Of a stretch of DNA of 64,000 nt, positions 45,764 to 59,347 are shown in pieces; position 1 is the stretch's first letter; each line of letters opens with the position of its first letter. The stretch covers positions 1 to 64,000 of the forward strand of contig CAXHJY010001642.1 of assembly GCA_964016885.1 (NCBI GenBank). Direction: 5' to 3'. The DNA is from Eledone cirrhosa. Taxonomy: Eukaryota. Both the position numbers and the translations under genes were made by a program. The notes under the pieces are model-generated. The model was not told where the DNA came from, ran no database searches, and was given only the letters and a program-made list of their open reading frames with translations.

Positions 45764-47109
45764 ACATGTGTATTATTATTGTTAGCTCACGCAAAGCAAC
45801 GGATTGGTAGTATCTGTAGAACGTTGGACAACATGCTTCGCGACATAGAGTTACGCACCTTTACGTCCTGTGTTAAAATCCCGCCGAGGTTAGCTTTGCC
45901 TTACGGAGTCGATAAAATAAAGCCCCAGTAACACACTAGGGTAGATTTAATCGACTTTCCCCATCCCTTCAAATTGATGGTCTTATACCTAAAGTAGAAA
46001 CAATTATTAATAGCTCACGCTTTTTTATCACCAATACAAGACTAAGAAATGAATTAAATCCATGATTATACTAACATATTTAGAGTCAATAGAAAATCAG
46101 TGTGGTGAAAACCAAAGCATAAATATATTGAAACAAAGGCCCCTTAGTACCGGAAAGCTTGGTTCAGTCTCCTTGGAGGATGATAAACTGAGAGAAACGA
46201 AACAAAGAAAGCGAAGACAAGTGAAAGATTTAAGAGGAGAATTAGAATAATGGTGAAAGACATACAATCATTTATAAAGGTTAACCAGAATATTCAGATT
46301 GATCTTTCTAAAAAAAAAAAAAAAAAAAAAAACCATGCCATCATTTCTTCATAATTATAAATAGTAACTATAGGAGTATCATTTCTTTTTTAATATTTAA
46401 GATTCATTAAATATCGTTCAGTAGTATTTTGAAGAGCGTGACGACTTCCCCCTGTGTACGTGATAATTCTCCTCTTATGTCTAGACTCATACGTAGATAG
46501 TAAGTCATAAGAAAAAAGAAATGTAAAAGGATGAAAAGAAAAGGATTAAAAATATATAGAAAATCCATGTATAATTAAATTTTCATTTCGAACGAATTCT
46601 CATACACAGTATTAACCATACTAAATTTTAAATGCTAAATGAATTTTTTTTTGTTACCACATATATAGTAAATATTGTATTATTATAAGGATTCTCTGCA
46701 CCACCGTTCGATAGCAAATAAGAAATAAATCTGTTTGTTTTAATTTGGTTCACATCTATCTCCTCGTTGGCATGGCTATAATTTGATTGACAGGTGGGGA
46801 GTACATTGGTACATATTGTAGCGTGTTGAATTTAACAGGGACATGTGAAAAACGAGAAATTTTTTTTCTCGCTTGTTAAATAAAGTATGCCTTACTTCCG
46901 CAATCGCAATGTGAATTTGCAAGCCATACCTGCTCTGTCAATGTATCTATCTTACTAAAAACAGGATATTTTTCTGAATGTACATCAGCTATAGAGACAG
47001 AGTGATACTTTATTTTATCGATCTTAAAACGCTGAAAGGAAAGGATGATTTCGGCTGGATTTAAACTCAGAGTAAAGATAGTCTGAACAAATAATGCTAA
47101 AGTATTCTA

Positions 47110-47433
47110 TTGGTTAGGAAGTGATGTTACATCCATCACGTAGCCCTGACTTTGCACCATCAGATTACCATTTATTTAGAAGTTTGCAAAATTCTTTGAA
47201 TGGTAAAACTTTCAATAATGATGATGACCTGAAATCACAGTTGCTTCAGTTTTTGGCTGATAAGGACCAGAAGTTGTATGAGCGCGGAATCATGAAGTTG
47301 CCAGAAAGATGGCTAAAGGTCATCGAACAACATGGAAAATATATAATTGCTTAAAGTTCATTCTTTGTATGGAAAAAAAAATGACTTTTATTTCACATTA
47401 AAAAACCGAAATTACTTTCTTGCCAACCCAATA
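47110..47433 (+). mobile_element. Mariner transposase 3' fragment with right TIR
   Basis: LHPSRSPDFAPSDYHLFRSLQNSL...GIMKLPERWLKVIEQHGKYI. TIR ...AATTACTTTCTTGCCAACCCAA-TA. Confidence 0.9.
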
Positions 47434-48281
47434 CATTCGAACGACTCAGCCAAACACTATTCTATAAAAATGAACAATCCATCACTAAGACATTTACAGG
47501 TAGACAGCTTAGGCAATTAGTATTATTGTTGGAGGAACCAGCACATTGCTCTAAAATAGAAAAGAGTCAACCGTCAAATTGGATAAAATAACACGTTTTT
47601 ATTGATCTGTCCATTGCTAATACTATCTGCCGGTCTTATCTTTTAGAGAAGTAGGGGGATTTGAGTGCATGGAGTCAGATCAGATCAGGCAGAGCACCCT
47701 GTTCGACTGTTTTAAACAATCCTACAAACTTACTAACTCATTGACTGGTATTCTAGTTATCGAAACCGTAAGGATGAAACACAAATTTGACTACGGTAGA
47801 ATTTGCATTTAGAACGAAGAGAGCTGAAACAAATACTGAGGCATTTAATCCGACGCGCAAACATCCTCATATTTTTGTAATTATAGGCAACTTTAAATAT
47901 TGTTTAATATTGGCAGCAGCAAGACGAAACATTGGATTGATTTCAGAATAAAGTACTAGTGATTATTGGTGAACAGTGGATAGAGTGAAATAAATTTACC
48001 CAATACACACTGATGAATTTTTTGATGGCATATGTGACCACATTTTTTCTCTGCAGTATGCCTAATAGATTATACACCCGGCTTCATGCTCTTCCACACA
48101 CACACGCACACGCACACGCACACGCCCCCCCACACACTCTTACACACATACACAAATATGGCGGACGCAGCATGGTGAAGAGGTTAAGGAGTTCGCTTCG
48201 CAATTATTAGGGCCCGAGTTCGATCCTATACGTGTCATCTTTAACAAGTGGCATTTACCTTAACTTCGGTAATATATATAG

Positions 48282-48343
48282 AGACGTTTTTAAGGGTCAT
48301 TGTCCTATTTTATAAAATAGGACAATGACCCTTAAAAACGTCT
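48282..48343. repeat. Perfect 62-bp palindrome within a TA-flanked insert
   Basis: AGACGTTTTTAAGGGTCATTGTCCTATTTTA|TAAAATAGGACAATGACCCTTAAAAACGTCT. Confidence 0.9.
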
Positions 48344-48447
48344 TTAAGAGTCTTCACTCTATTTTATAAGCTATTCTATAGCTTCTTCGTGGATAAGCAC
48401 ATCGCCCTTTATATATATATACATATATATATTACATATATATATAC

Positions 48448-48485
<38 letters not shown>

Positions 48486-48487
<2 letters not shown>

Positions 48488-48674
48488 CGAAGGAAATGTG
48501 GTAAGGTACCAGGTGAACCATAACGCACCAAAGTACTCAATACTTAGGGTAGTAGAGTGAGTAATAGGAACGAGTAGGACCCTGACGGCTGAGCTCAAGC
48601 CGTTTCGACGGCTAATTCTGGACAGAATTAGCCGTCGAAACGGCTTGAGCTCAGCCGTCGGGGTCCTACTCGTT

Positions 48675-48678
<4 letters not shown>
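48486..48678. mobile_element. Fold-back fragment of the HHR family seen at 49580 (also at 28183-28318)
   Basis: Inverted copies of AGAATTAGCCGTCGAAACGGCTTGAGCTCAGCCGTC between (TA)n tracts. Confidence 0.8.
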
Positions 48679-48745
<67 letters not shown>

Positions 48746-48802
48746 CGGCGATGAATTAGTTTTGCGAGGTTTTTTATATGAAATCGTGTGTCGAAACAGA
48801 TA

Positions 48803-49688
48803 TTGTTATATTTGGGGAGGGTCATATTTGCGTAATATTGCCAGAATTAATAACAGAACACACTCACTGTTTGGTTGGTTTTCGCTTCTCGCTGTCTTTT
48901 ATATCTGCGATCTAGCTTACTCGGTCCTCAATGTTGCCATTGACTGACCGGCGGTCAAAAATAATACAGATACAATATAGACACAAACACATATATATAG
49001 TTTACATAATTTACATAAATCTTTCGTTGCACATCTGCAACATCGTCAGTGGTGTTATATTCATTGTTCCTCCTGTTGTGTTGTATGTCTACGCCATTTT
49101 TTTGTTCAGTCTGTCTATATATTTATTTATTTATTATATAGATTATTATATACTAGGTGGTCCCACCTAGTTCTTTTACTTATTTCGTTATTTCTTTATT
49201 TCTTTCTTTACTTCTTTCTTTCTTTATTTATTTATTCTCGCCTAACAATAGCTAGAGACCTAGGTCGTAGAATTTAATTTACTTTACTTTTTTCTTTACA
49301 CTTATTTGCTTTTCTTCACTCTCAGTATTTTTTCTTTCCTATATATTTCTACCCCCCCATTGTTCTACCTACCGTTCCGACTTCCTCCCCCTCCCCCTCC
49401 CCTGTATCTTCTTTGACCTCATGCCCAGCTGTAGCTGGCACTACCAACGCTTGATTGGGTCTACTCCACCCCCTCCCCTCTTTCTCCTACTGGCAGGTTT
49501 AGCCACCATCTCCCCTACTAATTTGCAACCACAGAATTACTACTGATTTTTGACAATCACTTTGACCATATATGGAATTACACCTTGAGAAGATCGGCTA
49601 TTTAAATACCAGGATAAATTTTCATTTAGTCCAGAATTAGCTGTCGAAACGGCTTGAGCTCAGCTGTCGGGGTCTTACTGGTTCCTAT
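48803..49688 (+). mobile_element. Non-autonomous PLE-related insert ending in an HHR
   Basis: The first ~330 bp match 14930-15260. A CT-rich tract, the HHR and (TA)n follow. Confidence 0.75.
49580..49673 (+). ncRNA. Type I hammerhead with U3:A8 core and long stems II and III
   Basis: ACACC-UUGAGAA-GAUCGGCUA...UAGCUGUC-GAAA-CGGC(UUGAGCUCA)GCUG-UC^GGGGU. Confidence 0.75.
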
Positions 49689-49751
49689 ATATATACATAT
49701 ATATTTATATATATTTATCTATATACAAACACACTTGCGCACACACACACA

Positions 49752-49800
<49 letters not shown>

Positions 49801-50109
49801 TAATATACACATACAGGGGACTCAGCTGACTTTACCCTCTCACCAGTCTAGAAAAAAATAAAACCTCGTTTGGGGGAAAGAAATCTATATTACAATCTTA
49901 CATTCTTCTAATCACCAATTCTCTAGTTCTTATAGAATAGTTTTCAGTTTTGCTTCTGAAAGGTTTGATTAAACCAACCAGTTATATGATTTATTAAAAC
50001 GTTATGCGTGTGTCTCTGATTAAAGTAAATTGTGTGAATATATATATATTATATGCGTGTGATGTAATGGTGATGAATGTGTTTATATATGTGTAGAGTG
50101 CTGATGTAT

Positions 50110-50470
50110 ATGTATGGTTGTGTATGATGTATATGTGTGGTTGCGTCGATATATGTATGTGTGGTTGTGTCTAAATATGTATGTGTGGTTGTGACTATAT
50201 ATGTATGTGTGGTTGTGACTATATATGTATGTGTTTGTGTCTATGTATGTATATGTTTGTGTCTATATATGTATGTGTGGTTATGTCTATATATATATAT
50301 GTATGTGTGTTTGTGTCTATATATGTATGTGTGGTTGTGTCTATATATGTATGTGTTTGTGTCTATATATGTATGTGGTTGTGTTTATATATGTATATTT
50401 TTGTGTCTATATATATATGTATTTCTGTCTATATATATATATGTGTTTGTATCTATATATGTATATGCTA
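50110..50470. repeat. Degenerate ~20-24-bp minisatellite (TATATATGTATGTGTGGTTGTGTC)
   Basis: Direct inspection. Confidence 0.85.
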
Positions 50471-51524
50471 ATGTTCATATATAGTTGTGTGTTTCAGTAT
50501 TTATATGAGTTGTGTGGTTGTTTGTATGTTTATGCTTGTCGGCGGGGATGTAATTGTAACAGTGTTTATAAATTTATGTGTATTGTGTTTGTATGCAATT
50601 TTGTGTGGTAGTGTGGTTGGTGGTGTTGGATGCGTGTTTGGTGAAACGACGAATTGTTTCTAAGACGCTTTGGAAGAAGAAAAACCAGAAGAAGCAGAAG
50701 AAGCAGAAGGAGAAGATGATGGCATGTAGCTGTGGACGTTGATTTCAGTATTTAAAGCCCCTTGGGACTGTGGGAATTATTTACAATTCTTCAGATTTTA
50801 AGCCTATTTAAAAGTGAAAGTGGCAAAAGCGTTCAAGTTGCTTTCAGCATAATAAGATTTAATGTAACAGCTTCACTCTCTCTGTCTACTCTCCTTCTCT
50901 CTAACCTTCTCTTCTCTTTTTACCCGCTCCCATTCTCTCTCTGTTTCTGTCTTTTTCCGTTCAACTTCCATCTCTGTCTTTTCCCACCCCACCTTCTCTT
51001 ACAGTGTCGCTGTTCCCACATTTCGCTCTGTCTCCCCCCCCATTCTCTGTATTTTACTGCCTTCCCTTTCTTTTATTCACTTTCTATTTATCTCGTTATC
51101 TCTCGCTCCTCCTCAATGTTTATTCCTCTCCCATCCATCTCTCCCTCTCTTCCGTCCTATCTCTTCCTCACATGCCCTAACTCTCTATCTGTTTGCGACC
51201 GTACTAATGCTCTAAGTAAATCTCTATTCTTATATACGCATCTCTCTTTAATTAATGTTTCGTTCTGAATATATTCATTTTGCAGTTATTTTTTTTTGGG
51301 GGGGGGGGGGGGGGGGTCAGGTCAATCAGGCATGTCATTAAGATTTTAATAAAGGTAATTATACAGAAGAAAATACACACGCTCATACAGCCCTACACAC
51401 ACATACACCCACATCTACATCCCCTATACACATGTTGTTGGACTAACATACACATCACCGAGCATTCCATAGACATATAGAGCCGTTATATGAATTTGCT
51501 TTATTGATGTATATAAAGGATTTA

Positions 51525-52040
51525 TACTATAGGCACAAGGCCAGGAATTTTGCATGACTGGTATTTTACTTTATCGACCCCATGAAAGACAAAGCTAACC
51601 ACAGAGTAATTATAATAATGGTTTGTTATATAGGCACAAGGCCAGCAATTTTTTGGGGCGGGGAAAGTCGATTAAATCGACCTCAGTACGTTACTGGTAC
51701 ATTATTTTATCGACCCCGTAAGGATGAAAGGCAAAGTTAACCTCGGCGGGATTTGAATGCAGAGCATAAAGGGCCGTAACTCTATGCTGCAAAGTATGGT
51801 GTCCGACTCTCTACCGACACTGCCAATCCACCGCCCGAAGAGTGATTTAATAATTGTTTTTACTTTTGGCACAAGGCCAGCAATTACCCAGTGCATTACT
51901 GGTACTTTATTTTATCGACCCCGTAAGGATGAAAGGCAAAGTTAACCTCGGCGGGATTTGAAATCAGAATGGCAAGGGCCGTAACTCCATATGTCAAAGT
52001 ATGGCGTCCGACCCTCTACCGATACTGCCAATCCACCAAG
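51525..52040 (-). mobile_element. Tandem S1 SINE cluster
   Basis: Three copies of the reverse-complement core. A similar pair lies at 54872-55250. Confidence 0.85.
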
Positions 52041-52049
52041 CAGTTTAAT

Positions 52050-52390
52050 AGAAAAAGAAAAAAAATAGATTGAGAAGAAAGAATGGAATGAAAATAAGAA
52101 ACTATAAAAACGGAAAAGAAAGGGAAAGGCAATGGCTTTAGTGTCGCAGAAGAATGAGGAGGGGGAAGGGGAGGGTGATGGGCTCTGGGCCTAGGGTGCA
52201 GCGGTAATGGGGTTGCACCCCGTGGCCAAAGTGGCGAAAGCATTCTCGCGCACAATGGCCACCCCCACCTCGCGGGGCTCCTTCCTTAGACTGGCCACGA
52301 CGTTCCGATCTTGCGGAGGAGCTCGGAAGTACGGAGCCCAGGTACGTCTGAGGTCTCGACGGCAACCGCGTAATATAGTTTCCAGGGTTT
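52050..52390 (-). mobile_element. CRE-like non-LTR 3' end (different family)
   Basis: Minus strand gives YYAVAVETSDV..LLRKIG, a frameshift, then VASLRKEPRE..GVAIVRENAFATL. Confidence 0.6.
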
Positions 52391-52998
52391 GACATGGCTG
52401 GTTCTTTGAACTATAGGTACAACTTATTTTTTGCCAGCTGAGTGGACTGGAGCAACGTGAAATAAAGTGTCTTGCTCAAGGACAGAATGCGCTACCGCAA
52501 ATCTTGCCATCATTAGTAGAAAGATCTAACCACAAAGTTACAGCCCTTCCCTCTATACACATGCACGTACGATGACATGGACACATGTGAATACATACAT
52601 ACAGTCATTTAATAATAAGTTTGCAAACATGTGCAAGCGTACACGTACATATATTCATACATAAACACATGTACGCGAACACGCTCATTTACAATACATA
52701 TTACTATGCACAGATTTACGAGTACAGTTACACACACACACGCGCACACACACACACAGAAAAACGCACACATATATAAATATGTGTAAGAGACACAGTA
52801 AAAATGCTCTCCTCAATCCACATTGTAAATGTCGTTGGTGTTAGGAACGGCATCCAGCCGTAGAAAACTTTACCAGAGACAGTTCCGTACGAGCGAGACA
52901 CGGTCTCCCGACCAATCCCTCATCAAATGGAACAAAACCGTCTAACCTATGCTAACGTGGAAGATGGACGTTAAATGATGATGATGATGAGGATGATG

Positions 52999-53054
<56 letters not shown>

Positions 53055-54616
53055 CATTCGTGGGAAAATGTTTAGTTGTGGGTAAAATATTTATTGATTT
53101 ATAGTAAAATATTACATGGCTGGGGTAATTAACACTTGGTGGTATCCACTTTTCTCCAGGTCGGAACACAGCCAATTTCTTCCATAGAAATAGATAAATG
53201 GATAGATAAATAGATAGATAGAGGGAGAGAGGTAATGAGAAAGAGAGTTTAGAGGACGAATCGTCCCAGATATTCAACTGGTATTTTATACATCGACCTC
53301 GAAAGGATGAAAAGCAAAGTTGACTTGAGCAGAATTTGAACTTCGAGTGCAATGAACCGTAACAAACACCGAGACACCCTAACGACTTTGCCTATTCGCG
53401 GCTTTTTTGTATTACGATAACAACAGTAAAAAACATTATTATTGTTCTCTAAATCCACCGAGTCAACTTGACCTTTCAGAAAATGGAGTATCATTAGTTT
53501 CCCTTTGAGTTACATGTTCCTCTTTCCGTTTACTTTAAACTGCTGCAGGCTGACAGCCTTCGTTTTGAATGAATGCGCTTTTTATTGCAATTGTCGATCC
53601 AAATCGACGAAAAACGTTCCGTTTCAACCATTGCGATGCATCTGTGTCTTGTTGCATAGCGAAAATTTCGATGAGGAAACGCTATTTTCGATATGTTATT
53701 TATAAAGGTTCGTGATCTGAATAATATTACGCACCGCTGATTCACCATCGATATATAGTGTGATCTCTTCTTTCTCTCCCTCTCGCCCTCTCTCTTTTAA
53801 TATACATGCATACATATATATATATATATATATATATACAAACAAAACACGCGTTGTTTAGAAGACGGTGGCGATTGTAATTTTAAAATTCAATTAGCAA
53901 ATTTCACTGTATTTTTTTTTTACTACAGAAATTAGTCTAATAACAGGGCGTATAAGGCCACTTAACGGATATAAATGGCTATTAGTAACCGATATATATA
54001 TATATATATGTATCATTAATACGCGTGTAAAGGTGGAATTTTAAAATCATTTTTAAAAGTTAAATTCATAGGGTTGATAATTACATGGATTTTACTTTTG
54101 AGGGGGGGGGGGGGGGGTTGAAATTCAAGCTAGAATCCAAAGTACCGTATTAGGAGCAGAAGCTCAACTGATCTCTAAACATATAAAAACAAAAACAACA
54201 CAATGACTTACAGTAATAATACCGATTCTATGCATCAAAACACATGACCTAGTAAATAGCAAAATCCATAAACAAGACCGGGTAGCTCTTATGAATATTT
54301 ACACTTGCTCTTTTACCATCAACAGATGTGTAGTGCTCGCTATTATATGATGTTTTACATTAAGCACCAAATATTCGGCTGTAAGCAACAAGCATTCTAG
54401 CTATAGGGCAGCTTCAGTAAGATTGGCACCTTTTTGGGGTAAACTTTCAATTTCAAACATGTATTTGCAATAAATTTATTACGATTTTGTGTTACTTCTA
54501 CATACAGAATGATACCTTGACCCACAAATGTTTGACCTACTATCCGTGAAATACTAGGGTCAACATATATACGAGGTCTATGGAAAATTTCGGAATGTTT
54601 TACCCCAAATATAGGG

Positions 54617-54666
<50 letters not shown>

Positions 54667-54809
54667 CCGAGGTCAACTTTGCCTTTCATCCTTATGGGGT
54701 CGATAAAATAAAGTACCAGTAATGTACTGGTGAAATGCTGGCCTTGTGCCAAAAGTAGAAACAATTAATAATATTAATAAATGGGAAAATATCTTTATAA
54801 AACCATATT

Positions 54810-54869
54810 TATTTTATTATACGTATTTCAAGGGTACTAATATTTAAGTACGTTTCGTCAGATAAAATA
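54810..54869 (-). ncRNA. Hammerhead (family D variant)
   Basis: UAUUUUAU-CUGACGA-AACGUACU..AGUACCCUU-GAAA-UACGUA-UA^AUAAAAUA. Confidence 0.8.
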
Positions 54870-55323
54870 TAACTGTTTCTACTTTAGGCACAAGGCCAGC
54901 AATTATCCAGTGCATTACTGGTACTTTATTTTATCGACCCCGTAAGGATGAAAGGCAAAGTCAACCTCGGCGGGATTTGAACTCAGATCGTAAAGGGACG
55001 TAACTATGCTGGAAAGCATGGCGGCCGACCCTCTACCGATACTGCCAATCCATAAAATATAATTGTTTCTACTTTTGGCACAAGGCCAGCAATTATTCCA
55101 GTGCATTACTGGTACTTTATTTTATCGACCCCGTAAGGATGAAAGGCAAAGTTAACCTCGGCGGGATTTGAACTTAGATCATAAAGGGAGGTAACTCTAT
55201 GCTTCAAAGCATGGCGTCCGACCCTTACCGATACTGCCAATCCACCGCCAATCCATAAAATATAATAATTGGTGTTAAGATAGTGACATATCTTCATGTG
55301 AACTTAATGGTATAAGTCCAATT

Positions 55324-55615
55324 CATCAAATAATGGTAGTTAAAACGGGAATAAATCACCATAATTATTGCATTATATATATTTCTGTTACATGGTTATT
55401 CATGTGACTTCGTCAGATGCTTACGCAATCATTAGTGCAGTTATGCAATAACTGTGATATGCCGGTGGCCATGCACGTCCATCCAGTAGTGAAGTGGTTC
55501 GGCATCTGACGTAAGCATCTGACGAAGTCACATGAATAACCATGTAACAGAAATACATATAATGCAATAAACAATTATGGTGATTTAATCCCGTCTTAAC
55601 TACCATTATTTGATG
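55324..55615. mobile_element. Fold-back insert with divergent HHRs (55370-55420 -, 55515-55565 +)
   Basis: GCAU-CUGACGA-AGUCACAUG/AAUAAC/CAUGUAACA-GAAA-UAYAUA-UA^AUGC. Arms ~100 bp; (TA)n follows. Confidence 0.85.
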
Positions 55616-55769
55616 CATATATATATATATGTATATCAGATTACAAGTATTAGCAAGCAATATCTATATATGTATAGGACCAGCAATATCATTAAGGCCA
55701 TCTTGGCATCCAACTATGCCCTAGAACTCTGTCCAACTCTGATTATCTGACTATTTCTCATTATTAGAA

Positions 55770-56620
55770 GAGTTGGAAAAGAGGAGATTGTGGATTACTG
55801 GACAGGAGAAGAAGGCATCTACCTTCCCAGAGAGCAGAATTCATCAGCTCTTGACCATCTCAGGCCAATTTCTCAACTGAATGTAGATGGAAATATATTT
55901 TTTGAGGTAATTGTCAGGCGAGTGACATCTGTTAAATACTGGTTACCACGGGGTGCATAGAACATGCGAACATGGTCTGGGATGCTATACTGATAGAACA
56001 TTGAGTTGTGTGGCTTGATCTGGCAAATGCCTTTGGGTTATTTCCACATATACTGCTTGATTTTGCCATGAATCTCTTCTGGATCGCTTCCGGGATAGGC
56101 ACACTGATAATGAACTATTAAAAGTTACCACAAAGAACTTTACAACAGCATGACACGAGTTGGAAGTAATATTTCTGTTGGGTGCACAATGTCATTCATG
56201 TGGTTTGTACTTGGAATGGATGTCATCCTGCGAAGCACAAGTTTTCAAGACTCTTTTCAAGATTCTTTCCCCAAAGATAGCCTTCGTGTATAATGTAGCA
56301 ACGTGGGCAAAATAAGTCAATGGTGAAAATACTGAACAGACTGGATGATCTAATTAATTGAGCAAGGATGCGTTTAAAGCAAATAAATCGCATAGTGTGA
56401 CCGTTGTAAAAGGAAGGCAAAAGAAGGAAAGTATGAGGTTGCAGCAGAAGCCATGCCAACGACAGCAGAGAAGTTTGTGAAGAGCCTAGTGAGGTTGTAT
56501 TATGGGTTACTCAATGACAGAAGTAATGGACATAAAATCCAGAAGTGGACTTTCAACGATAGACAGAACATTGCTACCAGGCAAGTTCAAGATTTGGTGT
56601 ATGCAGTTTGCATTGACAAC
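55770..56620 (+). pseudogene. HERO/NeSL-like non-LTR reverse transcriptase remnant (not in the ORF track)
   Basis: Manual translation across frameshifts: WTGEEGIYLPREQNS..LRPISQLNVDGNIFF, GCIEHANMVW, DLANAFG..PH, GCTMS..FVLGMDVI, EKFVKSL, LLPGKFKIWCMQF. Confidence 0.8.
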
Positions 56621-56689
56621 TGATTTTTTATGATATCGCACTAACACGTGTCTAAACCATTGAGTGGAAATACAATATTTCAGGTCGTC

Positions 56690-56962
56690 AAGCAATGAGC
56701 ACAGAGCAACGAACAAGCTTCAAAACTCCGTCAAAAGCACTGAGATTGCTGCAGCAAGTGTATGGAGATGAGACGATGTCACGCCCACGTGTTTTTGAGT
56801 GGTGCAAGAGGTTTAAAGAAGGACACGAGGACGTGGAAGATGACCCCAGGAGTGGAAGGCCCTCAACAAACAGGACTGAGGTCAACGTTGAGTGCGTCAG
56901 GCAGATGGTGCGTAGCGATCGTCGGCTGACTGTTCGACTGATGGCAAATGAGCTGGGCATTT
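56690..56962 (+). mobile_element. Mariner transposase N-terminal (HTH) fragment
   Basis: MSTEQR...VYGDETMSRPRVFEWCKRFKEG..VEDDPRSGRP...DRRLTVR.MANELGI. Confidence 0.9.
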
Positions 56963-57468
56963 CTCACTCTTAGTATGGCTGATACCTAAATATAAGTATG
57001 TATACGTACATACATATATGTGTACAGACGCACAGTAGTATGTATATATATATATATACATGCACACATATATATATATGTACGTATGGATTTACCGAAC
57101 ATTTATTAAAATGTTCCGTATGCCCGGCTGACTAACTCACTCGATATGCAAATTAGGCTGCTCAGCCGTTAATATGCATAAGGAAAGTATATACTTTCAG
57201 ACGTTCAATCATCTGACCGAAAGGTATACGATGCTGACGATAGCTAATAAGCTTAAAACTAGTACATCGTTCCTGTGTCAGTGTTGAACAAAAGGGCGAC
57301 GATGGTTGCCGAGCACTGTACGGCGTAATTCGGGCTGTTTGTTTACAAACACACCGAACATTATAATAAATGTTCGGTAAACCCATACGTATATATATAT
57401 ATGTGTGCATGTATGTATATACATACTACTCTAACGTCTGTACACATATATGTATGTACGTATACATA

Positions 57469-57472
<4 letters not shown>
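56963..57472. mobile_element. Family C insert truncating the mariner; HHR at 57229-57269 (+) has G12A
   Basis: CGAUG-CUGACGA-UAGCUAAUAAGCUU-AAAA-CUAG-UA-CAUCG. Confidence 0.8.
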
Positions 57473-57510
<38 letters not shown>

Positions 57511-57621
57511 TATTGTATCCACTTCCCTTTATTAATTCTACAAATAAGATATATATTAATTTTTTCCGCCAAAGGCATCAAAATCACTTTTACTAATATA
57601 AGTAGGGTGTGTGAACTACGT

Positions 57622-58587
57622 CTCGTCGTCATTGTCGTCGTTGTTGTCGTTGTTGTTGTTGTTGTTGTTGTCCTCGTCATAGTCATCGTTGTCGTCGTCG
57701 TTGTCGTCGTCGTCGTCGTCGTTGTTGGTGTTGTTGTTGTCCTCGTCATAGTCATCGTTGTCGTCGTCGTTGTCGTTGTTGTTGTCGTTGTTGTTGTCCT
57801 CGTTATGGTCGTCGTCGTTGTCCACGTCGTCGTTGTTGTTGTCGTTGTTGTTGTCCTCGTTATGGTCGTCGTTGTTGTCGTTGTTGTTGTCCTCGTTATG
57901 GTCGTCATCGTTGTCCACGTCGTCGTTGTTGTTGTCGTTGTTGTTGTCCTCGTTATGGTCGTCGTCGTTGTCGCTGTTGTTGTCATCGTCGTTGTCCACG
58001 TCGTCGTTGTTGTCGTTGTTGTTGTCCTCGTTATGGTCGTCGTTGTTGTCGTTGTTGTTGTCCTCGTTATGGTCGTCATCGTTGTCCACGTCGTCGTTGT
58101 TGTTGTCGTTGTTGTTGTCCTCGTTATGGTCGTCGTCGTTGTCGCTGTTGTTGTCATCGTCGTTGTCCACGTCGTCGTTGTTGTCGTTGTTGTTGTCCTC
58201 GTTATGGTCGTCGTCGTTGTCCACGTCGTCGTCGTTGTTGTCGTTGTTGTTGTCCTCGTTATAGTCGTCGTCGTTGTCGTTGTTGTTGTCATCGTCGTTG
58301 TCCACGTCGTCGTCGTCGTTGTTGTTGTTGTTGTTGTTGTCCTCGTCGTGGTCATCGTCGTCGTCGTTGTTGTCGTCGTTGTTGTTGTCCTCGTCGTGGT
58401 CATCGTCGTCGTCGTTGTTGTCGTCGTTGTTGTTGTCATCATTGTCGTTGTTGTTGTCGTCGTTGTTGTCGTCGTCGTAGTCGTCGTCGTTGTCGTCGTT
58501 GTTGCCCTCGTCATGGTCACCTTTGTCATTTTGGACGTCGTCGTCATCGTTGTGATCATCGTCGTCGTCGTCGTCGTTGTCGTCGTT
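57622..58587. repeat. (GTY)n trinucleotide array with a 171-bp higher-order period
   Basis: GTT/GTC triplets interrupted by GTCCTCGTTATG and GTCCAC. Blocks at 57901 and 58072 repeat. Confidence 0.9.
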
Positions 58588-58985
58588 TCTCTCTCGCTGT
58601 CACAGATGAGCTTGTACTTCACATTAGGTAGGTCCGTAGATGCCTTAATCCAGGCTCTGGAACGTGGATGACATTGCGGGACTTATGTGTAGCTTGGCTT
58701 GCAAACTTGGTCACCACCAGATATGGTCACCACCAGATATTCACTTAAAATATTCACACGCATTCTCATCATGTATGACAACACAAAGGAGAATCACAAA
58801 ATAACAAGAAAAGTAGTCACTGTGGAAGTCACAGAATGTGTGACGAAAGAGCTTTGACAATCAACAACTAAACAACCATCCGGTTATTAAACTAACCGAC
58901 TGGAAGTTTATAATAAATTAAAGTGAAATTAACAAGTGCGTGTGTTTTTATTGACATCACACTCCCTAAAGTATAACAATATATA

Positions 58986-59041
<56 letters not shown>

Positions 59042-59098
59042 TGTGTGTGTTTTTTTTTTATTTTGTATATCGAATAATATACGCTAAATGTACAGTAA

Positions 59099-59347
59099 AC
59101 ATTTGAAACCCTATAAACGTTTGAAGGGTGTGGCAAGGTGCCACCTAGCGATTTCCAGCAGAAGCAAGGGCAAATTACCGACAGCTGTCTCTGACTTAGT
59201 TTTAAAGCGAGGTAAAGGAGTGCATTACGTTGATAACGACCATAAGTCAGAAAGAGCAGTCGGTAATTTGCTCTTGCTTCTTCTAGAACTCGCTAGGTGG
59301 CGCCCTGCCACCACCTTTTAATATTCATAGTTAAAGGCTTTCAAATG
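59099..59347. mobile_element. Hairpin-type MITE / imperfect inverted repeat
   Basis: CCACCTAGCG..AGAAGCAAGGGCAAATTACCGAC..TCTGACTTA pairs with TAAGTCAGA..GTCGGTAATTTGCTCTTGCTTCT..CGCTAGGTGG. Confidence 0.7.

Noticed and set aside
57370-58671. Poly-Val (433 aa) and poly-Thr (398 aa) ORFs
   Set aside because: Alternative frames of a trinucleotide array. The Thr frame lacks the Pro/Ser content of mucins.
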